Assembly (NCBI GenBank): GCA_964533805.1
Contig: CAZHMJ010000001.1
Location: forward strand, 9,978-73,977
Length of the DNA stretch: 64,000 nucleotides
Origin: an uncultured Anaerolineae bacterium
Lineage (GTDB): Bacteria > Chloroflexota > Anaerolineae > Aggregatilineales > Ch27
Direction of reading: 5' to 3'
Position 1 is the first letter of the stretch. Every line of letters begins with the position of its first letter. The notes under the pieces were generated by a model. The model saw only the letters and a list, made by a program, of their open reading frames with translations, was not told the DNA's origin and did not search any database. Both the position numbers and the translations under genes were made by a program. Below are positions 60,943 to 64,000 of this stretch, piece after piece.

Positions 60943-61671
60943 ATGAAACGTCTATGGATGGTCGCCCTGCTGTGCCTGAGTCTGTCCGGCCTGGCCTGCA
61001 ACCTGACCAGCGGCGGCGAGCCCGAGTCAAGCGCGACCGCCCTCCCCTCCCAGGACAGCGGCGCGGGAGGCAGCGCCCCGGTGGTCACTGTCCTGTGGCC
61101 GCCCACGGGCAGCGAGTTCGTGATCCGGCAGGAGATGCTGGTCTACGTCCGGGCAACCGACAGCGTCGGGATCACCCGGCTGGAACTGCGCAGCCCGACC
61201 ATGCTTCTGAGCAGCATCCCTTCCGCCGAACGCCGCGGGCAGACCGAATTCGAGGCCATCCTGTCCTGGACGCCGACCCGGACCGGGACGCAGGACATGG
61301 AGGTGGTCGCCTACCGGGGCCAAACCGCCAGCGCGCCCATCCCGCTCCAGGTCACCATCCGCCAGCTCGCGCGTGATATCGTCGCGACTCCACTGCCCTA
61401 CGGGATCAGCGCGCCGGTGGCCCCGACCGGCGGCTGCCAGGTCCGGGTGGACATCAACGAGCTGCGCTTTCGGTCCGGGCCGGGGACGCAGTACGAGATC
61501 ATGGGCATCCTCCAGGTTGGAGAAGTCCTGGGAGTCACCGGCCGGAACGCGGCCGGCACCTGGTGGCAGGCCAACCGCAATGGGCAGACCGTCTGGTTCT
61601 CCGCCAGCGCGGACTATACGACCAACCTTACGGACTGCGCGGCCGTACCGGCGGTCGCCGTCTCCGGGTAG
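60943..61671 (+). CDS. lipoprotein-like secreted protein: Ig-like plus SH3b (paralog of the upstream gene's N-terminal part)
   Basis: ATG 60943. Lipobox-like LSLSGLAC. VVTVLWPPTGSEFVIRQEMLVYVRATDSVGITRLELRS. SH3b-like LRFRSGPGTQYEIMGILQVGEVLGVTGRNAAGTWWQA. Confidence 0.7.
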   Translation: MKRLWMVALLCLSLSGLACNLTSGGEPESSATALPSQDSGAGGSAPVVTVLWPPTGSEFVIRQEMLVYVRATDSVGITRLELRSPTMLLSSIPSAERRGQTEFEAILSWTPTRTGTQDMEVVAYRGQTASAPIPLQVTIRQLARDIVATPLPYGISAPVAPTGGCQVRVDINELRFRSGPGTQYEIMGILQVGEVLGVTGRNAAGTWWQANRNGQTVWFSASADYTTNLTDCAAVPAVAVSG

Positions 61672-61734
61672 ATGGGTGATTGACGGCCACTGGCGGCCCA
61701 TATACAATGAGGCCGTCGACTGGATGGGGACGCT

Positions 61735-63684
61735 ATGATCACGCACGTTCTGTTTATCGACAGCGATTCGAGCGCGATGACCCGGGTGAAAGACGCCCTG
61801 GAAAAGGCCGGCAACTTCGAGGCCAGCGTCTTCACGACCGGGCTGGCCGCCCTCGAACACGCGGAGAAGAACCCGCCTTCGGTGGTGGTCGTCTCGCTGA
61901 ATGTGCAGGATGTCAGCCCGGATGAACTGGTCACGGGCCTGCGCGGCCTGTACGCGGCGCTCCCGGTCCTGCTGCGCGCGCCGGACGATGCCGATCCCCT
62001 GTTGATCGACCGCCTGAAGCCGCAGGGCGTGCTGTATGGCAGCTACTCGACTCGCGTCCTGGTTCCGATGATCGAGGAAGCCCTGACGGCTGATCTCGCC
62101 GCCCCGGCGCCTGAGCAGGCTGGTCCGGACGTGGTCGCGGACGACCACGAGAGTCTACTGGCCGGTGCGCCGCCCAGTGATGATCTGGCCGAGTTTGGTG
62201 AAGTCCTCAAGGCCATCGAACCGGGCTTGCAAGCCGAGGAACAGGACACCTTCAAGACCCTGGTCGAATCGCTGCGCGCCCCGGTCGAGAAGCCTTCGCT
62301 GCTCAAGCGCAGCAAATCCAAATCCCGTTGGGCCGACCCGGAAGCCGAAGCCAGCGCAGCTCCTCCGGCGGAGGCCGCGCCGCCCGCTTCGGACCATCTG
62401 TTCGAGAAGCTGGCCGCGGAAGAGCCACCCTTCCCGACGCTGGAAGATTCCGGTACGGTGCGCGACCTGATCTCGATGACCGATCCGGAATTCGAGCAGA
62501 CTCCCCCCGGCACCGCCGTCGACGTGCCGGATGAGATGATCGGCGGTCTTCACGACCAGCCGCTTGGCGTGGCCGAACAGGAGCTGCTGCAAGCCCTGGC
62601 CGATGCCAGCGCCGAGCCGCGACCCGAATCGCGCCGTCCTGCGGTGGATGGTGAAGCGTCCAAAAAGCGCACGCCGCCCTTTGTCGTCGACGAGGTCACT
62701 CCCTTCCGCAAGGATGCCGCGACGCTGGCGCTGGAACTCACCCAACACGTGGTCGGGTCCACGGCGCAGGCGATCATCCTGCTGAAAGACAATGCCGTGG
62801 TCACGGCGGCCGGGTCGCTGAACGAACAGGACATCGCGGTCCTGGCGGAGGCCATCGACTGCCGGACGGTCAACAGCCGGAGCGGCACCCAGATCAAGTT
62901 CGTCGCGTTGCGCACGACCAACACCAACTACATGGTCGTAGCCGTGCCCACCCTGGACGAGATGGTGCTGGTCCTCGTCTCGGCGGAGAACACGCACCTG
63001 GGCACGATCCGCCAGGAAGCGCTGGGCCTGGCTGCTGCCCTGCGCAATCCGCCCCAGCCCATCTCCCCAAAAGTCCCTGAGCCGGCCCCGGAGCCGCCTG
63101 AGCCTGGCTTCTTTCGGGAGACGCCCGCGCCGGAGGCCAGCGAGGCGTTCATGGTCATGGCGGCCGAGCCGGATGACACCACCGATTATGGCGTGACCGG
63201 CCGGATCCAGGCCGAGGGGGAAGACGCCGAGCCGCTGCCCACCGAAGCGGAACACGTCGAGCAGCGCGTGGCAGAGACGCGCGAGGCCCCCGAGTCCGCG
63301 CCGCAGCTCGACCCCGCCACCCTGGTCAAATACGCCTGCGCCTGGCTGCTGCGCGATCCCGCAGCCGAACTGGACGAGGAACTGATCCACGCCCTGCCCG
63401 TCTGGCTGGATCAGGTCATCAGTCTCCAACACTGGCTGCCTGAGCAAACCGAGGCCCAGCCGGATTACATCAGCGTCGTGGTCAACGTCCCGCCCGCGAC
63501 CGTGCCCTCCGACATCGTGGCGATCCTCAAGCAGGCGATCGGCCAGCGCATCCTGGCCGCGCGGCCTGAACTGGCCGCCTCGATCGACCAACTGTGGGCG
63601 GATGCCTACTATGCCATCGCGCCGGGCCGTCCGCTGTCCGGCGAAGAAATCAGCCGTTTCATCAGCTATCAACGCGGTTCCTGA
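61735..63684 (+). CDS. multidomain protein: pseudo-receiver plus Roadblock/LC7-like plus degenerate IS200/Y1-transposase-like domain
   Basis: aa 1-118 form a CheY-like fold with Ser at the phospho-acceptor position (VVVVSLNV) and KP retained. aa ~326-437 are Roadblock-like (VVGSTAQAIILLKDNAVVTAAG...MVLVLVSAENTHLGTI). aa ~528-647 resemble IS200 TnpA (YACAWLLRD...PDYISVVVNVPPATVPSDIVAILKQAIGQRI...LWADAYYAIAPGRPLSGEEISRFISYQ). Confidence 0.65.
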   Translation: MITHVLFIDSDSSAMTRVKDALEKAGNFEASVFTTGLAALEHAEKNPPSVVVVSLNVQDVSPDELVTGLRGLYAALPVLLRAPDDADPLLIDRLKPQGVLYGSYSTRVLVPMIEEALTADLAAPAPEQAGPDVVADDHESLLAGAPPSDDLAEFGEVLKAIEPGLQAEEQDTFKTLVESLRAPVEKPSLLKRSKSKSRWADPEAEASAAPPAEAAPPASDHLFEKLAAEEPPFPTLEDSGTVRDLISMTDPEFEQTPPGTAVDVPDEMIGGLHDQPLGVAEQELLQALADASAEPRPESRRPAVDGEASKKRTPPFVVDEVTPFRKDAATLALELTQHVVGSTAQAIILLKDNAVVTAAGSLNEQDIAVLAEAIDCRTVNSRSGTQIKFVALRTTNTNYMVVAVPTLDEMVLVLVSAENTHLGTIRQEALGLAAALRNPPQPISPKVPEPAPEPPEPGFFRETPAPEASEAFMVMAAEPDDTTDYGVTGRIQAEGEDAEPLPTEAEHVEQRVAETREAPESAPQLDPATLVKYACAWLLRDPAAELDEELIHALPVWLDQVISLQHWLPEQTEAQPDYISVVVNVPPATVPSDIVAILKQAIGQRILAARPELAASIDQLWADAYYAIAPGRPLSGEEISRFISYQRGS

Positions 63685-63744
63685 CTCACCCGCCCCGGCG
63701 CTGCTGCCCGCGGTTGAGTTAAGATTGCTTTCTTGGGAGAACAC

Positions 63745-64000
63745 ATGAGCGACTCGACCCGCCCCACCCTGATCATGATCGACGGCCATGCCGTTGCCTA
63801 TCGCCAGTTCTTCGCCCTGCCGGTGGAGTCCTTCAGTACGCGCGATGGCGAACCCACCAACGCCACCTTCGGCTTCGCCCGCACCCTGCTCGACGTGCTG
63901 GAAAAAGACCGGCCGCGCTATCTACTGGTCACTTTCGACCGGGGCCTGAGCGGGCGTAACGAGTTATATCCGGAATACAAAGGCACCCGGGAGAAAATGC
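63745..64000 (+). CDS. polA: DNA polymerase I, 5'-3' exonuclease N-terminus (partial; continues beyond the window)
   Basis: ATG 63745. MSDSTRPTLIMIDGHAVAYRQFFALP...GEPTNATFGFARTLLDVLEK...LLVTFD...R.ELYPEYKG.R is typical of PolA/FEN N-termini. Open to the window end, so it is absent from the ORF track. Confidence 0.85.
   Translation, partial: MSDSTRPTLIMIDGHAVAYRQFFALPVESFSTRDGEPTNATFGFARTLLDVLEKDRPRYLLVTFDRGLSGRNELYPEYKGTREKM

Noticed and set aside
63316-63675. Active IS200/IS605 insertion sequence
   Set aside because: The TnpA-like segment is fused in frame to a larger protein, the HUH and catalytic Tyr positions look substituted, and no tnpB or subterminal hairpins flank it. It is treated as an exapted domain, not a mobile element.
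62155-63789. 544-aa minus-strand ORF
   Set aside because: Antisense to the 61735..63684 multidomain gene, which has recognisable domains and a sensible start. The reverse frame is Arg/Gly/Asp-rich without motifs.

Overview
High-GC bacterial chromosomal segment. The gene content (split-type methylmalonyl-CoA mutase, CHAD, DUF4153 and LysM/GerMN proteins, many secreted proteins with ...ACNL lipobox-like signals) suggests a Chloroflexota-like lineage, at low confidence. I call about 58 protein-coding genes, tightly packed and often joined by 4-nt ATGA/GTGA start-stop overlaps. I saw no rRNA, tRNA or CRISPR array.

Housekeeping genes:
- gyrA, dnaE (carrying a 141-aa mini-intein), secA, miaB, mutM, birA, ybaK, add and the 5' end of polA.
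- A propionyl-CoA/methylmalonyl-CoA block: biotin carboxylase, BCCP-like protein, carboxyltransferase beta, mutase catalytic subunit and epimerase.

Observations most worth a second look:
1. A co-directional, terminator-bounded string on the minus strand at 42458..48769. It encodes a small wHTH-like protein, a single-domain KaiC-like ATPase, two small 3-TM proteins, a cytoplasmic multi-GAF histidine kinase, adenosine deaminase and an MBL-fold hydrolase. Three of its six junctions are ATGA overlaps.
2. A 649-aa fusion of a pseudo-receiver, a Roadblock/LC7-like domain and an apparently catalytically dead IS200/Y1-transposase-like domain (61735..63684).
3. The dnaE mini-intein, plus a roughly 290-aa C-terminal extension of DnaE.
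4. Two Tmk-like paralogs, one with a Walker-A Lys to Arg change, in an operon with a CYTH protein and the mutase.
5. Two CHAD proteins, each carrying an IS630-type N-terminal HTH.
6. A shared upstream motif (GTCAGGCAAG-N11-CACTG) and duplicated STAS-like small genes around a DUF4153 gene and an ABC-2 exporter.

All functional calls rest on motif and architecture recognition by eye. No database search was possible, and start codons are often uncertain. The many long ORFs antisense to conserved genes are treated as high-GC artefacts.
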